Below, piece after piece: positions 29,241 through 38,841 of a stretch of DNA of 64,000 nucleotides. Numbering within the stretch: position 1 is the stretch's first letter; each line of letters opens with the position of its first letter. Below the pieces are notes generated by a model. The model was not told the origin of the DNA and did no database searches. It worked only from the letters and a program-made list of their open reading frames with translations. Source of the DNA: Ilumatobacteraceae bacterium (GTDB taxonomy: Bacteria > Actinomycetota > Acidimicrobiia > Acidimicrobiales > Ilumatobacteraceae); the NCBI GenBank assembly GCA_031408175.1, contig JANOJI010000001.1, positions 492 to 64,491 of the forward strand, given 5' to 3'. The translations under genes and the position numbers were made by a program.

Positions 29241-30767
29241 TCAGTCGGTCGGCTCGGCTGGGCCGTACGAGGTTTCGGGTTCGAACGGGAACATCGGTCG
29301 CCGCCGGCGCCGATACGTGAGGGACAACAGATCGGCGCTGGTACACCCTCGGGTGTCAAGTTGGATCATTTCGGCGGCGATCGGTTCGTACGCCCCACGC
29401 GGGGAGTGGACTCCTTTGGCGACGATGATCTGCAGGTCCGACGGGTCCAGTCCGATGCTCGTGAGTTCAGCGCGGCTCGTGTTCCCCATCGGGCGCGACG
29501 TGAGCAGGACGAAGTGACCGTCGTCGGTCTCGAGCAGCGCACGCCGACCGGCGTCGAAGAACCGGAATCCACCGTGCGTGACACCGGGATCCTCGAACTT
29601 GCCGTCGTCGAGAAGACGAACTCGTGCCGTCACGGTGACCGGTGCTCCGTGCAGGTCGTCGGTTCGGGCGCCGACGCTCAACGTCAACGAAGCCCCGACA
29701 CCCGCTGTGGCGCACAGCTGTACCGCTGCGGGATCGCAGAGCGAGTGGAAGAGATCCCGGATCCCGAGGCGTTGGGCGGCCGCCAGAACGTGGGTCGAGT
29801 CGCCCGGGCTGCCTCCGCCCACGTTGTCGCCAACGTCGAGCAGCACCACGGGTCGCTCCGATGATCCGGCCGCGCGTCGGAGCGCCACGTCGGTGTCGAC
29901 CGCCTGCCCGACGAACTCTTCACGGAGGTGCCAAGCCTCATCGGCGAGTTGCCCGACGACATCTTCTGCGAGGACTCGGTCCCCGTCGGTGACCGCGACG
30001 AACGACATGCCCATCTCGGCAACGTCGGCGTAGGGGAACCCTTCGAGCACGCTCACTGAGAGCACTCCATCGCGAGCACCGAGCTCGGCGGCGCGACCGA
30101 CCAACTGACTCATCGGCCAATCGCTGGTGCCCTGCCGAAGGATTCCGATGGCCACCGGTGGCGTGGCGAGCGCCATAACGGGCCGGATCGTCCCTCGGGC
30201 CGCGGCGAGTGCGAGGTCGGCGACCTGACGCGCTCGCGGCCTGGGATCGACGTGGGGATTGGTGAGGTAGGCGTTGAGGACGTCGCAGTTCCTCACCATT
30301 CGGTGCGACACGTTGCCATGCATGTCGAGTGCAACGCCGATGATGACGGTAGGTCCAACGAGAGCACGGACTCGGGAGATGATTTCACCGTCTGCATCGG
30401 GCTGGTGCATCGCAACGGAGGCCCCGTGCAGGGCGAGCAGCACGACGTCCCATGGTCCCCGCTCGGTGAGGGCACGGGTCATCCGTCCCACGAGATGTTC
30501 GAACGCCTCTTCGGTGATCGTACCCATCGGGTTCAAGTCGGCGTGCACGAGCGGCGTGCAGTCGACGTCGCCGAGAGCCATCACCTCGAGAAATCCGGCC
30601 AGCGTCGCCTGGGAAGTCCCATACCGCTCGATGATTTCGGCGCCCTCGGTCACCCCTCCGGCGAGAAAGCGTTCCAGGGAGGCCGGCACCGGTGCGAAGG
30701 TGTTGGATTCGTGGTGGAACCCGAGCACGGCAACTCGCAACGGGTGTTCGGCAGTGCGTGCATTCAT
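29241..30767 (-). CDS. MlrC-like M81-family metallopeptidase (paralogue 1)
   Basis: LRVAVLGFHHESNTFAP N-terminal motif; 508 aa two-domain layout. ATGA overlap with the upstream gene. Confidence 0.8.
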   Translation of the reverse strand: MNARTAEHPLRVAVLGFHHESNTFAPVPASLERFLAGGVTEGAEIIERYGTSQATLAGFLEVMALGDVDCTPLVHADLNPMGTITEEAFEHLVGRMTRALTERGPWDVVLLALHGASVAMHQPDADGEIISRVRALVGPTVIIGVALDMHGNVSHRMVRNCDVLNAYLTNPHVDPRPRARQVADLALAAARGTIRPVMALATPPVAIGILRQGTSDWPMSQLVGRAAELGARDGVLSVSVLEGFPYADVAEMGMSFVAVTDGDRVLAEDVVGQLADEAWHLREEFVGQAVDTDVALRRAAGSSERPVVLLDVGDNVGGGSPGDSTHVLAAAQRLGIRDLFHSLCDPAAVQLCATAGVGASLTLSVGARTDDLHGAPVTVTARVRLLDDGKFEDPGVTHGGFRFFDAGRRALLETDDGHFVLLTSRPMGNTSRAELTSIGLDPSDLQIIVAKGVHSPRGAYEPIAAEMIQLDTRGCTSADLLSLTYRRRRRPMFPFEPETSYGPAEPTD

Positions 30768-32362
30768 GGTTGGCGCCTCAACACCTTCCCGGGTCGATGA
30801 CCCGTCACCACACCGTCCTCGAGCACGAGGGTTCCGCCGACCATCACGTGACTGATGCCGATCGGCGCGCAGGCGGGCTGTTCAAAGGTCGCCCGATCCT
30901 CCACGATTCCGGGGTCGAAGACGACGAGATCCGCCGCCATGCCGACCTCGATGGTGCCACGATCACGAATACCAAGACGCCGCGCTGGTTCGGCGGTCAT
31001 CTTGCGAATGGCGTCCGGAAGTTCCAACAGGCCGCGGTCGCGTACATAGCGACCGAGGACTCGGGGAAATGTCCCGAAACTCCGCGGATGAGGCTTGGCC
31101 AAGGCTTGTTCGAGTGGAATCGCGTTGCCGTCGGACCCGACCACGGCCAGCGGATGTCGCAGGAACGCCGCCACATCCGCGTCGGTCCGGTAGAAGAGCA
31201 CCATCTGAATTTCGTTCCCGTACTGCTCGCACAACCTCAGGGTGAGTTCGTCAGGCGACAGACGCCGGGCCTCGGCGAGTTGGGCGAGGCTCTGGCCGAC
31301 GAAGGCACCGTCCGGAGTGCTCGACACCAAGAATCGGTCCCACAACCAGGGAATCCCGTTGAACCAGCCGGCCTGCATGTCCGCGACGGCCCGCCGGCGG
31401 GTATCGGGCTCTGCCAGGCGTCGCCGCATCTCGTCGGTGCCGCCCTCCTGTACCCACGGCGGCAGGTACTGCGTGAGGGAGGACGACGACGCGTCGTAAG
31501 GGTAGACGTCGAACAGGATGTCGACCCCGTCCCTGCGGGCTTGCTCGAACATCTCGAGGAGTTCGTGGCCGGTACCCCATCGTTCGGGGCGGTTGATCGC
31601 GAGGTGGCTGAACTCCACGGTTACACCGGTCATCCGTCCCACCTCGATCGCCTCGGCGACTGCGTCCCGTTCGTCGTTGCCGATTGCGCGGGAGTGCGTG
31701 GCGTACAGCGCACGATGTTCGGCGAGGACCTCGGCGAGTGCCATCACCTCCTCGAAATCCCCGTACGAGCTCGGGACGTGCGTGAGTCCGGTGCTCATTC
31801 CGAAGGCACCCTGCGCCAACGACTCGCCGAGATCGCCGATCATCCGCTGGAGTTCGACGGGGCTGGGAGGTCGCGCATCGACACCCATCGCTGCGACACG
31901 GAGGGTGCCGTGTCCAGCGAGCGCTGCGACGTTGAGCGCAATGCCCTCGTGCTCCAGTGCGCGGGCGTAACCGTCATAGTCGGTCCACCACGGACGCACC
32001 GGCGCAGTGGCACGTGCGAGGTGGTCGGCGTGAAGATCAAGACGTGACGGCTCGATGGGGAAAGCGGAGAAGGAGCAATTGCCCACGACCTCCGTCGTGA
32101 CGCCCTGGCGGAGTTTGCTCTCGCCCGCTCCGTCCACGAGCAGCGTGAGGTCTGAATGGGTGTGGATGTCGACGAATCCAGGGCACAGGACCGCTCCGTG
32201 AACATCGATGACGCGGGCGGCGTCGGGGAGGGTGGGGTCGGCACTCGCGTCGTTGCCGATCCATGCGATTCGACGATCGGCGATGCCCACCTGACCGGGC
32301 CGAGCCGGCGCACCCGAGCCATCGACGATCGATGCGTTCACAATGGCTACGTCGTACCTCAT
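30764..32362 (-). CDS. N-acyl-D-amino-acid deacylase (D-aminoacylase) family amidohydrolase
   Basis: MRYDVAIVNASIVDGSG...VLCPGFVDIHTHSD metal motif, ~530 aa. Confidence 0.8.
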   Translation of the reverse strand: MRYDVAIVNASIVDGSGAPARPGQVGIADRRIAWIGNDASADPTLPDAARVIDVHGAVLCPGFVDIHTHSDLTLLVDGAGESKLRQGVTTEVVGNCSFSAFPIEPSRLDLHADHLARATAPVRPWWTDYDGYARALEHEGIALNVAALAGHGTLRVAAMGVDARPPSPVELQRMIGDLGESLAQGAFGMSTGLTHVPSSYGDFEEVMALAEVLAEHRALYATHSRAIGNDERDAVAEAIEVGRMTGVTVEFSHLAINRPERWGTGHELLEMFEQARRDGVDILFDVYPYDASSSSLTQYLPPWVQEGGTDEMRRRLAEPDTRRRAVADMQAGWFNGIPWLWDRFLVSSTPDGAFVGQSLAQLAEARRLSPDELTLRLCEQYGNEIQMVLFYRTDADVAAFLRHPLAVVGSDGNAIPLEQALAKPHPRSFGTFPRVLGRYVRDRGLLELPDAIRKMTAEPARRLGIRDRGTIEVGMAADLVVFDPGIVEDRATFEQPACAPIGISHVMVGGTLVLEDGVVTGHRPGKVLRRQP

Positions 32363-32403
32363 CACGCTCGACCCAGCGACGAGGGGCAGACCGTCCACTT
32401 CGC

Positions 32404-32451
32404 GATTGTAGATACCGCGACGCGCATGGACGCACTTTATAAAGTTGGTGC
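32404..32451. promoter_or_regulatory. GATTGTAGATACC plus CACTTTATAAAGTTGGTGC in the D-aminoacylase / RidA divergent region
   Basis: Read directly. Confidence 0.35.
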
Positions 32452-32487
32452 CACACTGTCCACATGGTTCCCGAGGAGGTCCGAACG

Positions 32488-32910
32488 ATGAACGAGGAGC
32501 CCGGGTCCAGCCCGGTTCACGCCGCCGAGTCTGCGCGAGGCTGGATGCAGATCACGACGGACAGCGCCAGCCACTTGCCGTTCTCGGCCGCCGTCGAGGC
32601 CAACGGCTTCGTCTTCGTTTCCGGGCAAGCGTCGGTGGACGGCAACGGCGTCATCGTCCCAGGGGACTTCGAGGCGGAGATGCGGCGCTCGATGCAGAAC
32701 GTGACCGACATCCTGCAGTCGGCCGGGCTCACATTGAGCAATGTGGTTCGCGTAACGAGCTACGTCCACGACCCCACCGACCTGCCGCTCTACAACCAAC
32801 TCTACCGCGAATACTTTTCCCGCCCGTATCCGGCACGGTCGACGATTACCAGCTGCCTGTCCGGCGCTCTGAAGTTCGAAATCGACGTGATCGCCGTCAG
32901 GCCGAACTAA
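32488..32910 (+). CDS. RidA/YjgF-family reactive-intermediate deaminase
   Basis: FSAAVEANGFVFVSGQ...VVRVTSYV...PARSTI...EIDVIAV. GAGGAGG RBS 8 nt upstream of the ATG. Confidence 0.85.
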   Translation: MNEEPGSSPVHAAESARGWMQITTDSASHLPFSAAVEANGFVFVSGQASVDGNGVIVPGDFEAEMRRSMQNVTDILQSAGLTLSNVVRVTSYVHDPTDLPLYNQLYREYFSRPYPARSTITSCLSGALKFEIDVIAVRPN

Positions 32911-32967
32911 CAGGGATGCTGAACATCTGCACTCGAGACAGCGATGGCGACACGTGCAGCGCCCGGT

Positions 32968-33930
32968 TCAACAGCAGTGCCGTTCGGTGGCGTGCAACAT
33001 GCCCCGGATGTAGCCGTAGGCGAACAGTCGACCGAGCATCGTGTAGCCGGGCTCACCGTCGTCCTCTCCGAGCATCTGGGGCACGTGGTCGGGGCGTATC
33101 GGGCCGTCAAACCCGACGTCCCGGTAGGCGCGCATGGCCTCGGCCATATCGGTCTGCCCGTTGTCCTGCCACGTCTCGCGGAAGTCGTCAGCGGTGCCGA
33201 TGACGTCGCGGAAGTGCACGTAGGCGATGTGCGGGCCGAGCCGCCGGATCGTCGCCGGGATGTCGACCCCCATCTCGGAGAAGGTGCCCTGACAAAACGT
33301 GATCTTGTTGCAAGGTGACTCGACGAGGTCGACGAGCCGTTCGAACCCGGCGACGTCGTGCATGATCCGATCGTTGCCCAACAGTTGCGAAAGGGGCGGG
33401 TCGTCGGGGTGCATCGCCATCACCACGCCGGATTGCTCGGCGACTGGAATGATCTCGTCGAGAAAGCGCTGCAGGTTCTTCCAGAGCTCCGGGCGCTCGG
33501 CTCCTGGCTCGAGTTCGGCAGAGAAGGCGGGACGACCCGGGATCCGGGCATGATCGAGGTCCGCCAGGCGGAAGGCCGTGGTCTTTGCGCCGCCCCGCTC
33601 AGGTGCATCGACGGCCGTACGGATCCAGTCGGTTCCCGCCATGAAGTTGTAGCAGACCAACCGGATGTCGAGATCGCCCAGATGGCGAACGAGAGCCTTC
33701 ATCGCCACGAGGTCGGAACCGTCGTCGGTACCAAGCTTGATCCGATCGATCGGCAGGTAGCCTTCGACCGCCCCGATCTCCATCCCGAACGATCGGACAC
33801 GACCTCGGAGGCGATCGAACTCCGAGAGGTCTGGTCCCGGATACCGCACGATCACCTGGTCGACACCGCACTGTGCAGCCAGCGTCAGGTTCTCGTCGGA
33901 CAGCGGGGTGAGGACAGATGCCAGCTTCAT
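32968..33930 (-). CDS. Mannonate-dehydratase (UxuA)-like TIM-barrel protein
   Basis: CYNFMAGTDWIRT, VVMAMHPDDPP, AYVHFRDV, GPIRPDH motifs match the UxuA family (short form). Confidence 0.7.
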   Translation of the reverse strand: MKLASVLTPLSDENLTLAAQCGVDQVIVRYPGPDLSEFDRLRGRVRSFGMEIGAVEGYLPIDRIKLGTDDGSDLVAMKALVRHLGDLDIRLVCYNFMAGTDWIRTAVDAPERGGAKTTAFRLADLDHARIPGRPAFSAELEPGAERPELWKNLQRFLDEIIPVAEQSGVVMAMHPDDPPLSQLLGNDRIMHDVAGFERLVDLVESPCNKITFCQGTFSEMGVDIPATIRRLGPHIAYVHFRDVIGTADDFRETWQDNGQTDMAEAMRAYRDVGFDGPIRPDHVPQMLGEDDGEPGYTMLGRLFAYGYIRGMLHATERHCC

Positions 33931-33981
33931 GGTGCAAACCTTCCGACGTTGCTCCGGTCGACGACCGAACAGAAGAACCGA

Positions 33982-35073
33982 TCAGAAGACGATCAGGCCG
34001 CGAGCTTGTTCGCCGGCGGCCAGCGAGCGAAAGGCCTCGTCGGCTTCATCCAAATCGTACCGCTTGGTGACGAGCTCGTCGATCTTGATCCTTCCGGCCA
34101 TCGCCAGCTCGACGAGTTTCGGGAACTCGACCAGCGGATTGCCCGTCCCGTAGCGCGAACCGACGATGCGACGCTCGCCGCCCATGAGCAGCCACGGATC
34201 GACCTGAAACTTGGCCCCCGACTCCGGAAGACCGAGCACCACTTCGATGCCCTGCTTGGCAAGGATGGCGAGCCCCTGCTCGAGCGCCGTGATGTTGCCG
34301 ACAGCGATGATCGTCGCATCGACCCCTGTGCCCGTGAGCGTCTGGATCTCTGCCTCGAGGTCTTGACGCACGGTGTTGATCGTGTGCGTCGCCCCGAACG
34401 CCCTGGCGAGTTCGAGCTTCGAGTCGAGCACGTCGACACCGATGATCGGGTAGGCGCCAGTCGCCACCGCACCTTGGATCGCGTTGAGGCCGACCCCACC
34501 GCAACCGAACACGGCAACGCTCTGTCCGGCCCGCAGGCCGGCACTGTTGACCGCCGATCCGAACCCCGTTGCCACCGAACAGCCGATCAGCGCCGCGACC
34601 TCGAGCGGGAAGTCCTTTCGGATCTTCACCGCAGCTGACTCTGGCACCACGATGTACGACCCATAGGTGGCAGGTCCGTAATGATGTACGTCCTCACCAT
34701 CGTGGTGGAAGAGCGTCACGTCACCGTTGGCCTTTCCGATTGCCGGTGTGTTCAGGCACAGCGCGGGGAAGCCGAGATTGCAGTACTTGCAGGCGCCGCA
34801 TGTGGGGGCCCAGGAAATGACGACGTGGTCGCCTGTTTGCAGCTGTGTCACGCCGGCTCCGACAGCGTCGACCACACCCGAGCCCTCGTCGCCCAGCACG
34901 ATGGGCATCGGAATACCCGAATGCGAGCCGTCGTAGGCGTGGAGGCAGCTGTGGCAGACGCCGCTCGCCACCATCTTCACCCGGACCTCGCCGAAACGAG
35001 GTTCGTCGAGTTCGAGTTCCGTCATCTGCATCGGCTCGCGGGGCTTGATGAGCACCGGCGCATTGATCAACAT
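33982..35073 (-). CDS. Zn-dependent alcohol dehydrogenase family protein
   Basis: GVCHSCLH...VLGDEGSGVV Zn site, GCGGVGLNAIQGA Rossmann motif. AGGAGGGGA RBS upstream of ATG 35073. Confidence 0.85.
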   Translation of the reverse strand: MLINAPVLIKPREPMQMTELELDEPRFGEVRVKMVASGVCHSCLHAYDGSHSGIPMPIVLGDEGSGVVDAVGAGVTQLQTGDHVVISWAPTCGACKYCNLGFPALCLNTPAIGKANGDVTLFHHDGEDVHHYGPATYGSYIVVPESAAVKIRKDFPLEVAALIGCSVATGFGSAVNSAGLRAGQSVAVFGCGGVGLNAIQGAVATGAYPIIGVDVLDSKLELARAFGATHTINTVRQDLEAEIQTLTGTGVDATIIAVGNITALEQGLAILAKQGIEVVLGLPESGAKFQVDPWLLMGGERRIVGSRYGTGNPLVEFPKLVELAMAGRIKIDELVTKRYDLDEADEAFRSLAAGEQARGLIVF

Positions 35074-35162
35074 AAGCGGTCCCCTCCTGGAGTGTGTCGT
35101 GGGTCGTGAAGTGAGGTCGCACCGCCTTGGGGCCACCCGGGTGTCGGCGGACTATGGTTCAA

Positions 35163-35180
35163 CGAACTATATAACAGAAC
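35163..35180. promoter_or_regulatory. AT-rich site (CGAACTATATAACAGAAC) in the ADH / SMP-30 divergent region
   Basis: Read directly; weak match. Confidence 0.3.
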
Positions 35181-35221
35181 GGGAGAGCGACAGCCATGCG
35201 AAGAGTGCACTCCGAGGTCTC

Positions 35222-36094
35222 ATGAGACGGGAGGCGGTCCCGGACGTCGCGGTCGACTGCCGCTCGTTCCTGGGTGAGGGGGTCACATGGGACGCGGATA
35301 CCGGCACGTTGCTATGGCTCGACATCGACCAGCGCCTGTTCCATCGCCTTCGCGCTGATGGCCGCCACGAGAGCACGACGCTCGAGCGAACGACAAGCGT
35401 GGTGGTGCCCCGCCGTGACGGTGGATTCCTCGCAGTCGCCGGACGTGAGGTGGTGAAGATGGATGAACGCGGGCATTTCGGAGCCGTCATCGCGACATTG
35501 CCCGCCGACGGCGATGGTCGGGCCAACGACGGGCGGTGCGATCCGCACGGCCGTCTGTGGGTGGGAACGGTCGATCGGTCCGGCGCCCGTCAGGCCGGAC
35601 TGTTCCGCGTGGACGATGTGGGCGAGGTCGTCGAGGTGCTCTCGGATCGGGCGCTGCCCAACGGCATCGACTGGAGTCCGGATGGTCGACGGTGCTACCA
35701 CGCGGATTCCTTGCTGAGACGAATCGACGTGCTCCTGCTCGACCAGCAGGGGCACCTGACCGAAACACGGGAGTTCGCGGCGTTTGCGGCGATGCCCGAC
35801 GGTCTCACCGTCGACGCGGAGGGCGGAGTATGGGTCGCGCTCTGGGATGGTGGCGTGGTTCAGCGATTCGACCCCGACGGGCGGCTCGATCGCACGTTGA
35901 CGGTTCCCGGCGGCTGGATCACGAGCTGTGCCTTCGGTGGTGCCGGGCTACGCACCCTCTACATCACCACGGCGCGAGTCGACCTCGATGCCGAGGCGCA
36001 ACAGCGACAGCCGCACGCCGGTTCACTGTTCGCGATCGAACTCGACGTCGCGGGTCGGAGCTACACACCGTTCGGATCCCGAGCATCGGTCTGA
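35222..36094 (+). CDS. SMP-30/gluconolactonase/LRE-family protein
   Basis: GEGVTWDADTGTLLWLDI, NDGRCDPHGRLWVGT, PNGIDWSPDG, PDGLTVDAEGGVWVA propeller repeats. Confidence 0.85.
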   Translation: MRREAVPDVAVDCRSFLGEGVTWDADTGTLLWLDIDQRLFHRLRADGRHESTTLERTTSVVVPRRDGGFLAVAGREVVKMDERGHFGAVIATLPADGDGRANDGRCDPHGRLWVGTVDRSGARQAGLFRVDDVGEVVEVLSDRALPNGIDWSPDGRRCYHADSLLRRIDVLLLDQQGHLTETREFAAFAAMPDGLTVDAEGGVWVALWDGGVVQRFDPDGRLDRTLTVPGGWITSCAFGGAGLRTLYITTARVDLDAEAQQRQPHAGSLFAIELDVAGRSYTPFGSRASV

Positions 36095-36104
36095 CGCGGC
36101 AGTC

Positions 36105-37085
36105 TCAGGCGCAAGCGGGCGCGTTCGAACTCCAGCGGTTGAACTGCCGGTCGCGCCCGGCGGCGCCGAGCTGTTCGCGCGCCGCCACCCACATCTGCGC
36201 CCACTCCTCAGCGTCGTGGAGTTCCGTCTCCGGAGCCTGACGGCTCCGGGCAACGAAGCCGGGGAACGCGTCGCGGCCGGTGGGCTGCCCGATCGGGTTG
36301 TACCGCAGGTCGAAGCTGATCCGGACCTCGTCGCTCAGATTAGGGAGCGAGTTGTGCAGCGTCAGCTTGTGGATGAACAGCAGGTCGCCGGGATCCATCG
36401 GCAGCGGGGTCGCCCCGTCGCGCGGCCCGATGTGTTCGGGGACTTGGAGGCCTCCCGGGCCGGCCGGACAGTGCGCCATCAGCCCTCGGCAGTGCGAGCC
36501 GGGTACGACCTGGAGGCAGCCGTGCTCGACCCCTACGTGCTTGAGCGGGAACCACACCGTCAGGATCTGCGTGTCGTCGGCTTCCGGCAGCACGACCCCG
36601 TTGTCCTGGTGCCAGTTGGTGGCTCCCATCTTCAACGCGCCGGTCACGGGGTCGCGTGCCTCGCGAGACTCCGGAGCCTTGATACGCACGTGTTGCACCG
36701 GGTTCGAGTGGATCTCGGGTCCGATGAAGCCTTCGACCAGATCGAGCAGGTCGGGACACCGCAGCATGTCGAACACCGCCGGGCCGTGCCACATCGGGGT
36801 GTCGTGCCGGATGCCGGCCTGCGGCAACGAGAAGTCGAAGAACTGGGCGTTGGTCTCGTTGGACTCCGCGCAGATCTCCACGAATTGTTCGCCGAACGGC
36901 AAGTCGTCGTAGAGGCTGGTGATCCGACCTGCGACGAGCAGGTGTTCCGCCACACGATCAAGCACCGATTCGTACTCGCGCAGGATCGGCGCGATCCAGC
37001 GGTCCGGGTCGATCGCGCTACGAACGACGACATACCCCTCCCGCTCGAAGTGATCCTGGTGCGATCGGGACAAAGTGGTGGTCAC
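36105..37085 (-). CDS. Phytanoyl-CoA dioxygenase (PhyH) family Fe(II)/2OG oxygenase
   Basis: FEREGYVVV N-terminus, NWHQDNG (HxD), LQVVPGSH. 4-nt overlap with the upstream ABC ATPase gene. Confidence 0.8.
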   Translation of the reverse strand: MTTTLSRSHQDHFEREGYVVVRSAIDPDRWIAPILREYESVLDRVAEHLLVAGRITSLYDDLPFGEQFVEICAESNETNAQFFDFSLPQAGIRHDTPMWHGPAVFDMLRCPDLLDLVEGFIGPEIHSNPVQHVRIKAPESREARDPVTGALKMGATNWHQDNGVVLPEADDTQILTVWFPLKHVGVEHGCLQVVPGSHCRGLMAHCPAGPGGLQVPEHIGPRDGATPLPMDPGDLLFIHKLTLHNSLPNLSDEVRISFDLRYNPIGQPTGRDAFPGFVARSRQAPETELHDAEEWAQMWVAAREQLGAAGRDRQFNRWSSNAPACA

Positions 37086-37882
37086 CCGTCAGCCTCTCGG
37101 TCCAGACTCGCAGCGCGCGCGGCATGGAGCAGCGCACGTGTGTAGTCCGACTCGGGCGTGCCGAGCAATGCGTCGGTGCGTCCCGACTCGACGATGATTC
37201 CGTCGCGCATCACGATGATCTCGGCGCACATGCGGCTTACCACACCGAGGTCGTGTGACACCATCACTAGGGTGAGGCCGAGCTCCTCACGGAGGTCCAT
37301 CAGGAGGTTGAGGACCTGCGCCTGGACCGAGACGTCGAGTGCGCTGACCGGCTCGTCGGCGTACAGGATCGTCGGGTTCACGGACAGCGATCGCGCGATC
37401 CCGATGCGCTGGAGCTGTCCACCCGAGAGCTGGTGTGGGAATCGTGGGAGAACCTCACGTCCGAGGCCCACGCGCTCCAGCCACGTGACGAGCTCGGCCT
37501 CTTCCGGAGTGCGATCCTGCAACGCCCGAATCGGCTCACTCAACGACCGTCGGACGGTCATCCTCGGATCCAACGACCGGCGCGGGTTCTGGAACACGAT
37601 CTGGTTACGACGATGCAGCTCCAAGGCGTCTCGACCCGTGAGCTCGGAGATGTCGCGACCGTCGAAGCGCACGGTGCCGCGTTGGTGACGCAGCAGACCG
37701 CACATGACGCGGATGAGCGTCGACTTGCCCGAACCCGACTCACCGACGACGCCGAGGGTCGACTGGGGCCGGACGTCGAGCGAGATGTCCTTGAGCGTCC
37801 AGCCTTCGTTGTTCGCGCCGAGACGTGCTCGGGGGTAGTGGAACGACATGTCGTTGACTTCGACGAGTGACATGACGGTCAT
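37082..37882 (-). CDS. ABC transporter ATP-binding protein (DppF type)
   Basis: [34 protein letters not shown] overlap at 37879-37882. Confidence 0.9.
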   Translation of the reverse strand: MTVMSLVEVNDMSFHYPRARLGANNEGWTLKDISLDVRPQSTLGVVGESGSGKSTLIRVMCGLLRHQRGTVRFDGRDISELTGRDALELHRRNQIVFQNPRRSLDPRMTVRRSLSEPIRALQDRTPEEAELVTWLERVGLGREVLPRFPHQLSGGQLQRIGIARSLSVNPTILYADEPVSALDVSVQAQVLNLLMDLREELGLTLVMVSHDLGVVSRMCAEIIVMRDGIIVESGRTDALLGTPESDYTRALLHAARAASLDREADG

Positions 37883-38841
37883 TCCTCGGCGGGGTTCCAA
37901 CACGAGTACCGATGGTCTCTGCCCACCGTCACCGGTTCGGGCGCGGCGGTGCAGGCCTCAGTCGCGTGCGCGCAGCGATTCCGGAACCGGCAGCCGGTGG
38001 GGAAGTTGCCGACTGCGGGCACCGAGCCCGGGATGGTCTGCAACCGCTGCCCGATGAAGGCCGAGAAGTTGGCGTCCTTCGGCATCCCCGGGTTCGCCGC
38101 GAGCAACGCGATGGTGTACCGGTGCTTCGGATTCGCGATCACGTCCTCGACCCAACCCGTCTCGACGATGTGCCCGCCATAGATCACCGCGACGCGGTCG
38201 CACACGAAGCGGATCACCCCGAGATCGTGGCTGACGAACAGGACGCTCATCTTGCGTTGCTCGCTCAACGAGATGAGCAGCCGCAGGATCTCCTCCTGGA
38301 CGGTGACGTCGAGGGCTGTCGTGGGTTCGTCGGCGATGAGCAGTTCCGGGTCGGCCGCGATCGCTGCCGCGATCATGACTCGTTGCTGCTGGCCGCCAGA
38401 GAGCTGGTGCGGGTACCGACGCACCAGTGTCGGCGGGTCGGGCAGCTGGACCTGCTCGAGCAGTTCGATGACCTTGTCGGCAACGGCAGCCTTCTTGAGC
38501 CCTGTGTGCAGGCGGATGGCCTCGGAGACCTGCCGTCCGATCCGCATCATGGGGTTCAGCGAGCGAGCCGGGTCCTGGAACACGAATCCGATCTTCCGGC
38601 CCCGGATCTCGGACAGCTGGCGGTCGTCCATCGTGAGCAGCTCGCGACCTGCGAACCGGACGGAGCCGGAGACCCTGGCCACGTCGGGGAGCAGCCCGGC
38701 GATGGCCGTCGCCGTCATCGTCTTGCCGGATCCGGATTCGCCGACGAGCCCGAGACGGGTGCCGGGCTCGAGCGCGAGCCGGTCGATGTGGATGATCTCG
38801 TGTCCGTCGATCCGCACCCGTACATCGTCGAGCTCGAGCAT
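37879..38841 (-). CDS. ABC transporter ATP-binding protein (DppD type)
   Basis: [31 protein letters not shown]-terminal GCRFRNRC. Confidence 0.9.
   Translation of the reverse strand: MLELDDVRVRIDGHEIIHIDRLALEPGTRLGLVGESGSGKTMTATAIAGLLPDVARVSGSVRFAGRELLTMDDRQLSEIRGRKIGFVFQDPARSLNPMMRIGRQVSEAIRLHTGLKKAAVADKVIELLEQVQLPDPPTLVRRYPHQLSGGQQQRVMIAAAIAADPELLIADEPTTALDVTVQEEILRLLISLSEQRKMSVLFVSHDLGVIRFVCDRVAVIYGGHIVETGWVEDVIANPKHRYTIALLAANPGMPKDANFSAFIGQRLQTIPGSVPAVGNFPTGCRFRNRCAHATEACTAAPEPVTVGRDHRYSCWNPAEE

Noticed and set aside
35928-37145. 405-aa plus-strand ORF antisense to the PhyH gene
   Set aside because: No motifs, and the composition is typical of antisense frames in high-GC DNA. The minus strand encodes a clear PhyH protein.
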